Shown: one piece after another, positions 1 to 9,453 of the stretch | Position numbering within the stretch: the stretch's first letter is position 1 | Layout: every line of letters begins with the position of its first letter | DNA from: an uncultured Candidatus Peribacteria bacterium | GTDB lineage: Bacteria > Patescibacteriota > Gracilibacteria > Peribacterales > Peribacteraceae | Assembly (NCBI GenBank): GCA_964632395.1 | Contig: CAZWES010000001.1 | Coordinates: 25,287-89,286 of the forward strand | DNA length: 64,000 nucleotides | Direction: 5' to 3' | Notes under the pieces: generated by a model | The model's database searches: none | What the model saw: the letters and a program-made list of their open reading frames with translations, nothing else | What the model was told of the DNA's origin: nothing | Translations under genes and position numbers: made by a program

Positions 1-1253
1 ACAAACCTTGATTCGACCTTCAGTTTTGTCTTGGCGCGCTCTAACGTTCTTTTTGAAATATTGGCGTCCTCAGCTGCTTTCGAAATTTCCTTCTGCTTTC
101 GTGTTCCATCAGACAGCTCTTCTCTTAAGAAATGCTCCGCATCATTCAGTGCACTTTTTGCCTCTCCCCCCTGTGCATTCAAAACATCATTGGCACCAAC
201 ATCGGTTTCACCTATCCAAAGGAATTTTCCATTATCAAGCTCAAAAGCGATGGGTACCGGAGTGTTTCCAATATTTGTTTTCACACAATCAATTATTCTC
301 TCCTGATAGTTCACGGGGTGCTCGCCAACAAAAAGCACCGTGCGTGCTACTCCTACGTAACCAATTGAACCCAATATCCTGTAAATTACATTTGCACCCT
401 GCGATTTGTTGAGATGCATTATGCAGATGATTGCCACATTGTGGCGCTCTGCCATTAGTGCAACCGGGGAAAGAACAGAGCGGATTTCTGAATCTTTGTA
501 GGAATCAATGCTTCCCCCAAGGTACGCATTAACGGGATCAAGAATAATTAACTTGTAGTTTCCTTTCCTTAGATGCTCCTCAATTAAATCGAGATCTGTT
601 TCAAGAGAAATGTGCTTATCTTTCCCGTTTTCCTTCTTCCCGGGAACAATATGGACTTTCGATGCGTTTGCTTCGACTATGTCCAGCCGTGGACGGATGG
701 TATCTGCAATACCATCTTCCACTGCAAACATTAGAACATCACCTTGCACAACATCACCCTCGTGACTTGGCAACTTGCCTCCACGAGTTATTGCAGCAGC
801 CAAGGCGCAAGAAGCGTAGGATTTTCCCTGACCCGGGTTTCCAACCATCAATGATAATTTTCCTAGCGCAAGACGTTCATGCCATAGCCACTGTATTTCT
901 TCTGGTTCAACATCAGATGCCTTGACGACAACCAATTGCCTATTATTGATATTGTTGCAATGAGAGTCCTTAACTACAGGAGCGTATCTTGCAATGCTAC
1001 TCGCAATCTTCTCCACCTCGCGATCAGAAAGAGAAGGCTTGCACTTCGATCGATTAACGCCGAGCAGGGTCTCGAGTATTGCACCTTGATCAAGTCCGCG
1101 ACGCCTCAAAGAGCCTCCGATGCTTGCGAGCGTGCTATTGCGTTCCCCTTTGCATATATCACCATCCACGGGCTTGGCAGTGCGTTTGGCACCAAGTTGT
1201 GCTTGGTATTTTTTGCCAAATGCCTGAACTAGTCGCATATCGAATTTACTCAT
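1..1253 (-). CDS. Mobile-element replicative helicase (PriCT-1-like N-terminus plus RecA/DnaB-like AAA_25/RepA-type ATPase); C-terminus runs off the window
   Basis: Not in the ORF track because no stop lies inside the window. Own reverse-strand translation from the ATG at 1253-1251 gives MSKFDMRLVQAFGKKYQ...GERNSTLASIGGSLRRRG...LMVGNPGQGKS (Walker A)...KLIILDPV (Walker B)...IICIMHLNK. Its start overlaps the stop of the upstream primase gene (TAATG). Confidence 0.75.
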   Translation of the reverse strand, partial: MSKFDMRLVQAFGKKYQAQLGAKRTAKPVDGDICKGERNSTLASIGGSLRRRGLDQGAILETLLGVNRSKCKPSLSDREVEKIASSIARYAPVVKDSHCNNINNRQLVVVKASDVEPEEIQWLWHERLALGKLSLMVGNPGQGKSYASCALAAAITRGGKLPSHEGDVVQGDVLMFAVEDGIADTIRPRLDIVEANASKVHIVPGKKENGKDKHISLETDLDLIEEHLRKGNYKLIILDPVNAYLGGSIDSYKDSEIRSVLSPVALMAERHNVAIICIMHLNKSQGANVIYRILGSIGYVGVARTVLFVGEHPVNYQERIIDCVKTNIGNTPVPIAFELDNGKFLWIGETDVGANDVLNAQGGEAKSALNDAEHFLREELSDGTRKQKEISKAAEDANISKRTLERAKTKLKVESRF

Positions 1254-2020
1254 TAGATTTCTGGGTAGAGGATGGTTACAAGTTTCCTTTGACCGTTTTT
1301 GACGTTGTATGTGCCCGGAATCCGGAATAGGCGTGATACGTTCACACATGACATATCAACTTCCTTATGCAGACCAGTGACACTCTTAAACTCCTCGAAG
1401 ATGTACCGTACGCCGTCCGCCCACAAGTCTTTATCCTCGATGGAGACAGGATCACCAACAAAATGAATATGGAATCCGTTACCAGTGAATACCGCCATGT
1501 AAAAATGTTTCAGATGACTGTGACTATTAAGCAGTTGCACTACCTCAATTGCACAATTGCGAATTTCGTTATCACTACATTCCGGGTGTGCATTCCTGTA
1601 GTCCACATCTATGCAATAGTGCGATTTGTAGACAATATCGCAATCACCAACCCGATTTTTGTGTTTCGCATTGTCACTTGCACCCTCTGTGAAGTATAGG
1701 TTTTTGTCCTCATTTTCTTTTAGAAATGCGCGAAATTCCCCAAGGGTATCCGTAAGTGGGCGCATGTGTGTTGCTTCTCCAATATGAACATGAGAACTTA
1801 GCTCACAGAACATTGTGTAAGCCTGTTCCGCAAAATCAGGGACAAAGACTTTTTGAATCTCTTCTGGAGACATCTCTCCAATGCTCTTATATTTGTCTTG
1901 CCAGCCTTGTTTGCTAGAATATTCCATAGGTTTGGGAGGTGGCCTCAGCTTTTGTGCGGGGTTGCCTTTCACTGTGCACAAGAAAGAAATGGCATCATGA
2001 AAAGACATCAGAAATATCAA
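1253..2020 (-). CDS. Archaeo-eukaryotic-type primase (AEP / prim-pol) of a mobile element
   Basis: The three AEP motifs occur in order: YCIDVDY (DxD), FTGNGFHIHF (sGxGxH), and VDMS...RLFRIPGTYNVK. Translationally coupled to the helicase gene. Confidence 0.7.
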   Translation of the reverse strand: MIFLMSFHDAISFLCTVKGNPAQKLRPPPKPMEYSSKQGWQDKYKSIGEMSPEEIQKVFVPDFAEQAYTMFCELSSHVHIGEATHMRPLTDTLGEFRAFLKENEDKNLYFTEGASDNAKHKNRVGDCDIVYKSHYCIDVDYRNAHPECSDNEIRNCAIEVVQLLNSHSHLKHFYMAVFTGNGFHIHFVGDPVSIEDKDLWADGVRYIFEEFKSVTGLHKEVDMSCVNVSRLFRIPGTYNVKNGQRKLVTILYPEI

Positions 2021-2204
2021 CCTGCAACGCTTGAGCGAGCCTTTTCATAGTGGGAAATGTTGGGATTCGCTTCCCTGTTTCGATGTAGCTGATTGCGGGG
2101 TGTTGCATGTCCGCCTTACGCGCGAGCTCGCGTTGACTCAAGCCTTGTAACACTCGTACTTCACGCAGATGGTTTTGGAGAACGGTAGAAGACATGATAT
2201 TCAC
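1995..2204 (-). CDS. XRE-family (Cro/cI-like) HTH regulator
   Basis: 69 aa; LSQRELARKADMQHPAISYIETGKRIPTFPTMKRLAQAL is a typical HTH_3 pattern. First gene of the primase-helicase transcription unit. Confidence 0.8.
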   Translation of the reverse strand: MNIMSSTVLQNHLREVRVLQGLSQRELARKADMQHPAISYIETGKRIPTFPTMKRLAQALQVDISDVFS

Positions 2205-2242
2205 TGTACCTCTTGTTTTTGGCTTTCTATAGCCCTGAAAGA

Positions 2243-2309
2243 AACTTAACCAAAAATAGGTGCAAACTGTGGTAACGTTTGCAGTACCACTTTCCGAACT
2301 TAACCAAAA
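2243..2309. promoter_or_regulatory. Candidate operator sites in the divergent HTH/HTH intergenic region
   Basis: The 13-mer AACTTAACCAAAA occurs twice (2243-2255 and 2297-2309), the second copy abutting the ATG at 2309. A palindrome TGCAAAC-N9-GTTTGCA lies at 2261-2283. Confidence 0.35.
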
Positions 2310-3022
2310 TGAATAATCAGGACATCGAAAGGGAAGTCCATCTACTCATTTTGAACCAGCTCCTAGCGAAAGCAGAGCAGAAAGGCCTCACTCAAAGAGT
2401 TCTCGCGGAAGCTGCTGGTATATCAGAGATCCAACTTTCACGGATCAAGAGGGGGCATGGCAAACAGCAGAGACCGCTATCACCGGATGTTGCACGGAAG
2501 CTCATGCAAGCATTGAACTACAAAGCTTCCCAAATACGGAGAATCGAGCTTGCCTTACGGCATCTCAAGGAAAAGAAGCACATTCGACGCCGAGCGTTGA
2601 AACTCAAGGGGATTGATCTACTGCATACTGAGTGTGATGCCTGCCTTGAGAAGAAGGGAAGTGAAGTGGTAGTGACGGTTCGGTGTACAAAAAAGGGTAA
2701 GAAGGCAGTCTGTGTTGTTATTGAGTGCAAGAAAAAGGATGTGCATTACTGTGCTCTTCCCACGAAAGAATTTGTCTCGCTGTCTGATACTCTCAAATAT
2801 CTTCTCCCCCACAAGAAGCATCGGTTGATTCACTTCGGGTTCTCTGTGCTTTTAGCTCTCCAGAGTGAATGGCTCAAGAAATGGGCTGGTGACATCGAGA
2901 ATCTCGATTCAGATCGCTCAGTGCGCATGATGGGGGTAAACCAGAGTTTGTATGGATTCAGCAGCGTTGATGAGATGGTGAAGGAGGCGCAGAGCATTTT
3001 TGAACACGCTTTGGGCTTATAG
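2309..3022 (+). CDS. HTH-domain protein with unknown C-terminal domain (cI-like position, divergent from the XRE gene)
   Basis: The ORF-track frame begins at a TTG at 2279; I prefer the ATG at 2309 (MNNQDIE...). LTQRVLAEAAGISEIQLSRIKRG is an HTH. The C-terminal ~150 aa are not recognisable. Confidence 0.55.
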   Translation: MNNQDIEREVHLLILNQLLAKAEQKGLTQRVLAEAAGISEIQLSRIKRGHGKQQRPLSPDVARKLMQALNYKASQIRRIELALRHLKEKKHIRRRALKLKGIDLLHTECDACLEKKGSEVVVTVRCTKKGKKAVCVVIECKKKDVHYCALPTKEFVSLSDTLKYLLPHKKHRLIHFGFSVLLALQSEWLKKWAGDIENLDSDRSVRMMGVNQSLYGFSSVDEMVKEAQSIFEHALGL

Positions 3023-3066
3023 TAGAGAGTCCCGTTTATTACTACGCAAGAACACAGCCCCAGTAT

Positions 3067-3339
3067 CTACTCGAACAACTCAGATATGCCCACGTCAAAA
3101 CCCTTAGCAATCTTCTCTAGTGTGCTCAGTCTCATATCCCGTGGAGTCTTGCTTTCATGCTCTTGGTAATACTTGTACTTGATACCACACTTCTTCGCAG
3201 CTTCCTCCTGCGTGAGTCCACGCTCCTTCCGAAGAGCCTGAATGCGCTTTGCCAGTTTCTTTGATGCGAGGAAGACCATCATGCCCATTGTCGATCTCTG
3301 TGTTTTTGATGGACACCCCGATATTTCGGGGTCTATCAT
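3067..3339 (-). CDS. XRE-family HTH regulator
   Basis: LAKRIQALRKERGLTQEEAAKKCGIKYKYYQEHESK...LSTLEKIAKGFDVGISELF. The true start may be the internal MGMM near 3288. Confidence 0.8.
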   Translation of the reverse strand: MIDPEISGCPSKTQRSTMGMMVFLASKKLAKRIQALRKERGLTQEEAAKKCGIKYKYYQEHESKTPRDMRLSTLEKIAKGFDVGISELFE

Positions 3340-3346
3340 TCAAGGC

Positions 3347-4795
3347 ATGATGCAACGTTATCTTCGTTTATGGATTGCTGCTTCTCTGATTGCTACATTC
3401 ATACCGCACACAACACAGGCGTACTACGACTACTATGCCCCTTATGGCTCATCAAACTGGCAACTACGTCAGGTCAATGAAAATCTGCAAGGCATTCGGC
3501 GCTCTCTGGATGAGGCTGAGACACACAGACTCCAAGATGAATTCAACCGGGTCATGCGAGAAGCGTCTGAGGTCATGAGCAATACTCCCTCCGACTATTG
3601 TCCAGAAGGATATAAGCAAGGAAATACTGAGGACATTGATTCTGAAATCAGACGTTTCAAGGAACAATTTCGTTCTGAGTTTTCCTCGGCAGGCAGAGAT
3701 CGTGTGAAGCAAGCTCAGAGAAGAAAAGAAGTATCAGATGAGATATACCAGCTACAGCAAGAGCGCAAATACAGATGTGTACCTGACACTGCTGATGCTC
3801 AACTTCTACGTGAGCTTACGACACAGTACGAACCTGTATCTGGCAATGAATGGTATGCAGATGCAGTAAAGCACTTCACCACAGCGGGATACCTTGATAA
3901 CACATTGCCATTCCGTGCTGGTGACGTTGCTACCCGTGGTGAATTCATTCGCCTTATCGTTGAACTCAATGGTGGAACACTACGCGAGACTCCGGCAACG
4001 CCGAGCTTCGATGATGCACCGAACTTCGAGTACTTCGAGGAAGCAGCAGCAGAGGGATGGGTGACAGGAAAGGGGAATTGCTATGGAAGCCACCCTTGCT
4101 ATGCTGCTCCCTATGGCTCCGTGAACCGTGCAGAGGCCGCCACGATCATCAATCGTGCTTTCGACCTCACGCGTACCGTAGCAGCACCACAATTCTCTGA
4201 TAACCCATCGGGGCAGTGGTTCACAGAAGCAGTGCAGATCGCTGCGGACAATTGCATTCTGCGTGGGGATGAGCGAACAGGGAAGGTACGTCCAGAGGGG
4301 ACTATGAATCGTGCGGAAATGGTGGTTATGTTGGATCGAGCAGCCATGCTCAAAGGGGGCTTGGCCTTGAACCTTGGTAGCGCATATCAAGAAGCGTTGC
4401 AGTATCCAACTTGTCTTCCTCCTTGCCTGCAAGTGGACTGTGATCAGGAGACGATAGCCCAACCTGTGGAGATTAGGGCTTCCTACCCAGATCCTAGCTA
4501 TTTCGAATTATTGGAGCTCCAAAACAATGTCACAGAGAGAATAGCTTCTGCCAGTGTTGTTATCAGCTTCTATGATGGAGGTATCAGACAAGATCTCGAT
4601 AAAATTCTCAAGGGATGGAGAGAGGCAAATTTTGAACTTGGGACATATATTGGTCTCGCAAAGCAACGAGTATTAACTGAGAACGAATTTCTTGAATTGA
4701 CCAGAGTGAGTCTAAAGCTTTCCGATGCACTAGAGGACTACATAATGGCAATGTGCATTTTGGAACCCAGTGCTGGCTATTGCTCATTTAGATGA
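3347..4795 (+). CDS. Secreted protein with three SLH-like (S-layer homology) repeats
   Basis: Signal peptide MMQRYLRLWIAASLIATFIPHTTQA. Three repeats follow the pattern F.D....W....V......G......P....[TN]R[AG]E (for example FSDNPSGQWFTEAVQIAADNCILRGDERTGKVRPEGTMNRAEMVVMLDRA). Confidence 0.7.
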   Translation: MMQRYLRLWIAASLIATFIPHTTQAYYDYYAPYGSSNWQLRQVNENLQGIRRSLDEAETHRLQDEFNRVMREASEVMSNTPSDYCPEGYKQGNTEDIDSEIRRFKEQFRSEFSSAGRDRVKQAQRRKEVSDEIYQLQQERKYRCVPDTADAQLLRELTTQYEPVSGNEWYADAVKHFTTAGYLDNTLPFRAGDVATRGEFIRLIVELNGGTLRETPATPSFDDAPNFEYFEEAAAEGWVTGKGNCYGSHPCYAAPYGSVNRAEAATIINRAFDLTRTVAAPQFSDNPSGQWFTEAVQIAADNCILRGDERTGKVRPEGTMNRAEMVVMLDRAAMLKGGLALNLGSAYQEALQYPTCLPPCLQVDCDQETIAQPVEIRASYPDPSYFELLELQNNVTERIASASVVISFYDGGIRQDLDKILKGWREANFELGTYIGLAKQRVLTENEFLELTRVSLKLSDALEDYIMAMCILEPSAGYCSFR

Positions 4796-5202
4796 GGATT
4801 GACGTAGATTTTTTTGAAATTTTTTTTGCATCTGGGACTCCAAAAGGTAGAGGGCATACACATCGACATGTAAACATGGAACGATCCACCCACGTCGAAA
4901 GCAGTACGGAATCGCTTTTCTCGTCTTTGTAATGCGAAAATGAGAACTCTAAGCATGCTTGTTTGTTTGGGCAGTGAATTGAAGAAGCACGCTGACTAAG
5001 GGAAGCCAAAAATCAGGCGCTCGAATGGTCTAATCACTTTTTCTGCAATACTCCTGTCAAGTCCGACTGTTCGTATTGCTCATGTACAAGCCAAACAACT
5101 TCATAACTGCGTGTAACCGCAACTTATACGAAGTTTTGAAAAAGGTGCGCACACGCACGATGCAAATGCATAAGCAAAGGATAGGCGTATACGAGAACAT
5201 AT

Positions 5203-5631
5203 TTATTGCCCGTCCTCTTTTTTCTTCTGCTCCTCGTATTCCTTTGTGATTTGAAGAATTTGCACTGTTGTGAGCCCCTGTGGTGCTTCCTCTTTCTTAA
5301 ACATGCCTTTGCTTTTCCCGATAAGCTCCAATGCCCTGAGCTTGTCCTTATGGGTAAGTGCTCCCACCGGCTCTCCAAACGCTGCTTCTCCGAGCTCCTC
5401 CTGGATGCGTTCAATAGTCATATCTCTCGCCCTTGTAGGAATTGTTAGAACCCTCTGTATCTTGGCAGTTCTCAGTAATTTGCTACCGCACGAAGAAGCT
5501 ACCTGTCTGCTCTTCACTTTGTACCCGGCGTCGATGTATGCCTGCGTTATATTGCCAGTAAGACGGTAGTTGTCTACAAATGCCAGTTCGCGGGTGGTGA
5601 GCTTGTTCCAGCTTCCAGTTAGTGGTGGCAT
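5203..5631 (-). CDS. terS: Phage terminase small subunit (Terminase_2-like)
   Basis: KLTTRELAFVDNYRLTGNITQAYIDAGYKVKSRQVASSCGSKLLRTAKIQ matches the LT.ke..F...Y...gN...A...AGY......a......LL pattern of small terminases. Start taken at the M of MPPLTGSW. Confidence 0.7.
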   Translation of the reverse strand: MPPLTGSWNKLTTRELAFVDNYRLTGNITQAYIDAGYKVKSRQVASSCGSKLLRTAKIQRVLTIPTRARDMTIERIQEELGEAAFGEPVGALTHKDKLRALELIGKSKGMFKKEEAPQGLTTVQILQITKEYEEQKKKEDGQ

Positions 5632-5693
5632 GGTGTTTGTCAACCTAGCAAATATCACTCACATCCGCACATGAAAAAAGCCACTCCGATAGC

Positions 5694-5879
5694 CTAACAG
5701 GAGGAGTCATCATTCTCATCAATGGGCGGTATATCTTCCCTGAACTGCTTATCGAGTTCGACGCGCCTCTCGATGTTTGCGAGAATGGTGAAGAACTCAA
5801 CGTAAGCCTCAATCTGTTTCTGAGTGAATTTCATGGCTTCTCTATGGCTGTCCTGTGATGATAGATTCCAGTGCTTCAT
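5694..5879 (-). CDS. Hypothetical small protein
   Basis: ORF only; co-oriented with and overlapping the end of the upstream ORF. Confidence 0.3.
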   Translation of the reverse strand: MKHWNLSSQDSHREAMKFTQKQIEAYVEFFTILANIERRVELDKQFREDIPPIDENDDSSC

Positions 5880-6666
5880 TGCTGAAACGCACCATGGTTT
5901 TTTTCTCCGTCAAAACGTCTACCAGTGAAACGATTAGTGCTCCTAGGCTAAATAGTGCTGTGAGCAGTAGGAGCTGCACTGTCCTCTTCCCGTACACATG
6001 TTCGCCGAACTTAAAGAAATCCTCCTTTAGTCGATTCAACGATTTTCTCGCTAGCACAATAGCTTCAGACCTTACATGTGCGTCCACTGATGCTATTTTC
6101 TTACAGTGTTCCTTCCCTTCTGGCCTTATGTTGTTTCTCACTCGAATGTCCGTAGCTTCTGAAATGTCCATCAAGCGCCCTGCATCCACCGCATCATTAA
6201 ATTCTTTCCTGATAGCTGCGAATCTCTTTCTGAATTTGTAGTACATCTTCTGCTGCTCTCCTACAGATTTGGGAGGTATATCCAAGTAGTCCTCAATTTC
6301 CGTATGAAGCTCCAGGGCTTTTTCCTTTATGTATTCCATCAAGTAGCCATACAGCATAAGCCAGCGATTGAACGTATCCACATGCGGCGTGTAGAGAAAT
6401 CCTTTCATGTATTTCTCGTCGTCACCCCCTGTCGGCCTGCGCGGAACGAAGTCGTCGATTTTCTTGTCGTATTTCCGAACCTTCTCCGCGAGGCGTTGTA
6501 TGGAACTCAAACCATGACGATCTTCAGAGTATGCTTCGATATAAAGATCAAGAACCTCCTCTACCAGAGGAGAAGCACGACTCAACAGATCATTACCGCT
6601 AGATAGCTTGCGTAATTTGCTGAGAACGGCCTCTCGGTGTTTTTTAAGTTGATCTGGTGGTTCCAT
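5842..6666 (-). CDS. Hypothetical protein with a C-terminal transmembrane helix
   Basis: 274-aa ORF. Hydrophobic stretch VQLLLLTALFSLGALIVSLV near the C-terminus. No recognisable domain. Confidence 0.45.
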   Translation of the reverse strand: MEPPDQLKKHREAVLSKLRKLSSGNDLLSRASPLVEEVLDLYIEAYSEDRHGLSSIQRLAEKVRKYDKKIDDFVPRRPTGGDDEKYMKGFLYTPHVDTFNRWLMLYGYLMEYIKEKALELHTEIEDYLDIPPKSVGEQQKMYYKFRKRFAAIRKEFNDAVDAGRLMDISEATDIRVRNNIRPEGKEHCKKIASVDAHVRSEAIVLARKSLNRLKEDFFKFGEHVYGKRTVQLLLLTALFSLGALIVSLVDVLTEKKTMVRFSNEALESIITGQP

Positions 6667-6753
6667 GAGCCCTATTGTACCGTGACGGATCGTCTACCAG
6701 AAATACGAATGATACCAAGTATCAAAACACCCTCGTGTTGCTACCATAGCATC

Positions 6754-7209
6754 ATGAAACGATCACTACTTCTCCTTTGTATTTTTTCTGTACTACTCCA
6801 TTCTTGTGGCAACCAACCAACTCAATATGATTTGCTTGTCGGAACATGGCGAAGTACAACGGGACAAGAAGAGTATCTGGTATTTGCAAAAGATGGAGTG
6901 TTTGACATGATGGATTCAAGCCGCGAATCGCTGCAAAGCAAAATGCAGAGTGAATACGATGGAGAACTACAGTGGAAATATGAGATAGTCACAGAGGTAG
7001 AACCACATCAGCTCTACAACGTACTTACTGTAGATGATAGAAGTGAGAAGATGCCGATGGGTATTTTTAAAGTCGAGGGTAACAAGCTCATCATCAGGCA
7101 ATCGACAGAAATACACCGAACACTGGGGGGCTTCGATATGGGTGTTTTACGATATGAGATACCAGAGGATTTTTCGGGGGTTCTTAATGTGTATGAGAAA
7201 GTCAGATGA
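6754..7209 (+). CDS. Lipoprotein, unknown function
   Basis: MKRSLLLLCIFSVLLHSCGNQ is a lipobox-type signal peptide. The ORF track extends upstream to 6637, but that part overlaps the divergent gene. Confidence 0.6.
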   Translation: MKRSLLLLCIFSVLLHSCGNQPTQYDLLVGTWRSTTGQEEYLVFAKDGVFDMMDSSRESLQSKMQSEYDGELQWKYEIVTEVEPHQLYNVLTVDDRSEKMPMGIFKVEGNKLIIRQSTEIHRTLGGFDMGVLRYEIPEDFSGVLNVYEKVR

Positions 7210-7218
7210 TGTAATCTG

Positions 7219-8328
7219 TTGCTTATGGGTAAGATATTTCTTGGTTTCGCAGGGAAAGGGATTGAGCAAGCAGAAAAAAGGCTCAGGATTAAAGACTCAT
7301 TCGAGTGTTGGAATCTCAAAAAAATGGGGTTCATAGAATTTGTAGTCGAAATTAAAAAAGAAATTAAACCTGTGAACAAAAACGTTACAGATGACAGCTA
7401 TGTAAAGGGATTTCTGAGAAATAAAAATACAAAAGCAGAAATACCAATGATATACGACCGATGTTCTTGGGGGCTTTTGTTGCCCCACAAGGAGAATAGG
7501 GATTATGTACAGGAAGAACGATTGGAGTTTTTGCTTAATCTTTATTCGCCGGAGTTTCTCTACCCTCTTTTTGTTGTAAGTGATCTTGGCATTGAAGATA
7601 AAACATTTCACTTGCCACGTTTTTGGCTCGATCAAGATCACACACAAAATCAATCAAAAATTTTCTCCACAGAACAATTTGTTGATTTTTATAAAAAACT
7701 ACTTCCGCAATCAAGATTATTTGCAAGCGATACAAAAGATATAGACAGATGGAGTAGTGAAATGGCTCTCATCGGAATGGCTTGTCATCTTTTCAATGAT
7801 CTTAAAAAATACCACACAAAAACACCAGTCACTTATCACAGTGAATACCTCGACATTTGTGTAATTTTGGAAACCATGTTGCTCATGGAGTATGAGGAGA
7901 AAAAGAAAAATATTGCTTGGCGTTCGCTTATGCTTCTGAGTAGTACTTTTCCTGATGCGCGTGGCTTATTCTCTAAAATTTACGATGAGCGTAGTAAATT
8001 TGTGCACGGCAAGACCTTTAAGGCTATGAAAAAATACTCTCTGGAGCGACAGCATTCAGGCGCAACCATCGCCTACAACAAAATGCACTTTGATCTTTCT
8101 GAGAAAGCAACAAAATATTTGCGATATCTATTGGCAGCTTACGTATACCTTCATAAAGTAAAAAAGGGAGACAGTATATTGCGTGGCGAAACAAACATCT
8201 CACTCATTTTAAAGGCAACGGGGAATCAGTATCTTCCTAATTCACAAAATACACCCTCCGATAACAGATTGAAAAAGAGGATCAAGAAGCATTGTAAAGA
8301 TATTCTTGAACTCATGCCGGAATGCTAA
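7219..8328 (+). CDS. AT-rich orphan protein with a possible HEPN-type Rx4H motif
   Basis: 369-aa ORF, visibly more AT-rich than the flanks. IYDERSKFVHGKTF contains R-x4-H followed by G, as in HEPN/Abi-type RNases. Nothing else is recognisable. Confidence 0.45.
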   Translation: MLMGKIFLGFAGKGIEQAEKRLRIKDSFECWNLKKMGFIEFVVEIKKEIKPVNKNVTDDSYVKGFLRNKNTKAEIPMIYDRCSWGLLLPHKENRDYVQEERLEFLLNLYSPEFLYPLFVVSDLGIEDKTFHLPRFWLDQDHTQNQSKIFSTEQFVDFYKKLLPQSRLFASDTKDIDRWSSEMALIGMACHLFNDLKKYHTKTPVTYHSEYLDICVILETMLLMEYEEKKKNIAWRSLMLLSSTFPDARGLFSKIYDERSKFVHGKTFKAMKKYSLERQHSGATIAYNKMHFDLSEKATKYLRYLLAAYVYLHKVKKGDSILRGETNISLILKATGNQYLPNSQNTPSDNRLKKRIKKHCKDILELMPEC

Positions 8329-8362
8329 AAACGTTGCATTGCGAAGAACTCATAGAATATGT

Positions 8363-8887
8363 TTAGTAATTAAAATTGAATCTAACTTGTTTGGATTTGT
8401 ATTGCCTACCAAGCGCATCATTGCAAAGAGCAGATAGCTTTCTTTGTCCGTGTTCCTCTAACGATTTTTTAATGATCTCATAGTCGTAGATTAACTGATG
8501 ACTTTTGCCCGGCTTCAATTTCAAAGGGAATTTTTCATATCCGAAAACATCACTTGGAGAAAAATAGATGAGATCATCTCCTGATCCAATATTCACGCTG
8601 GTAATAGTAACCGCCACATCTCGTGGATTCGCGAGATCAACAATAATATATTTTTGCGGTTTTTTCGAGGATGTGGCAAATCCATGTCTTACCCTTACCT
8701 TTATCTTTTTTCTTTTGCCAATCTTACGATCCAAAAAAATGAGAATGGATGTGATTGTTCCTACCCCCGCAATAATCAGAGTGACAAGCTCCATGTGCAC
8801 ATAGAATACCTCAAAATTATCTCCAGTTTTTGTGTGGCCATGGGACTCCTGCAAATTACTTGATATGATGAACATATGATTAAACAC
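8363..8887 (-). CDS. Hypothetical membrane-anchored protein
   Basis: ORF with a TM helix, LVTLIIAGVGTITSILIFL. The probable start is the internal M of MELVTL. Confidence 0.4.
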   Translation of the reverse strand: MFNHMFIISSNLQESHGHTKTGDNFEVFYVHMELVTLIIAGVGTITSILIFLDRKIGKRKKIKVRVRHGFATSSKKPQKYIIVDLANPRDVAVTITSVNIGSGDDLIYFSPSDVFGYEKFPLKLKPGKSHQLIYDYEIIKKSLEEHGQRKLSALCNDALGRQYKSKQVRFNFNY

Positions 8888-9200
8888 TTGCTTAACACAG
8901 AATGTGTGAGAATAGCAGGCTTTACTCTAATGACCGCCGGATTCATTGTTTCTCATTCCGATGTTGTACCGTTTTATAGAAATATCATGGCACCCGGACA
9001 CCCCCACCCCCCCTTACGCCATTCATAAAATCAAACTGTCTTACAAAATGGCTTTAACTGTTCACTCCAAGCAATCACAAGCTCTTTAAGGGTGTTCCAA
9101 TTATTTCTGATCATCTCCACCACACTCCGTCCCACCAAATAAGATCTCCCAAAGAAACACACAAGCTCTCGCATTGTGCGTTTCTTATATTTCAAAGTAA

Positions 9201-9395
9201 TTAAACCTTAGAAACCTTTTCGGCCTTGGGGCCTTTAGGACCGCTCCCAGCTGTAAACTGTACAGCATCGCCTTCGCTTAGTTCCTCAAAAGAAACACCA
9301 TCAAGGTCTGATGCATGGAAGAAGAGATCGTCACTGCCCTCGCGGGAAATGAATCCGTAGCCATTGGCTAGTCTTTTAATAGTGCCAGTATCCAT
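9201..9395 (-). CDS. cspA: Cold-shock domain protein
   Basis: 64 aa; GTIKRLANGYGFISREGSDDLFFHASDL carries the RNP1/RNP2-like motifs of CSD proteins. Confidence 0.9.
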   Translation of the reverse strand: MDTGTIKRLANGYGFISREGSDDLFFHASDLDGVSFEELSEGDAVQFTAGSGPKGPKAEKVSKV

Positions 9396-9453
9396 AAAAA
9401 TAGGATGAAAGAAATAATTACAAAACCAAGCTTACGATCCAATCATAGCAGAG

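Larger units (their letters stand above)
1..8900. mobile_element. Prophage remnant or phage-satellite-like island (left end outside window, right end approximate)
   Basis: Primase and helicase, three HTH regulators and a small terminase, with no large terminase, portal, capsid or tail genes. AT-rich orphan cargo sits at the right side. Housekeeping genes resume at cspA. Confidence 0.5.

Noticed and set aside
8-1330. Several plus-strand ORFs (134, 91, 78, 87, 98 and 83 aa).
   Set aside because: They are low-complexity antisense frames of the clearly recognisable minus-strand helicase gene.
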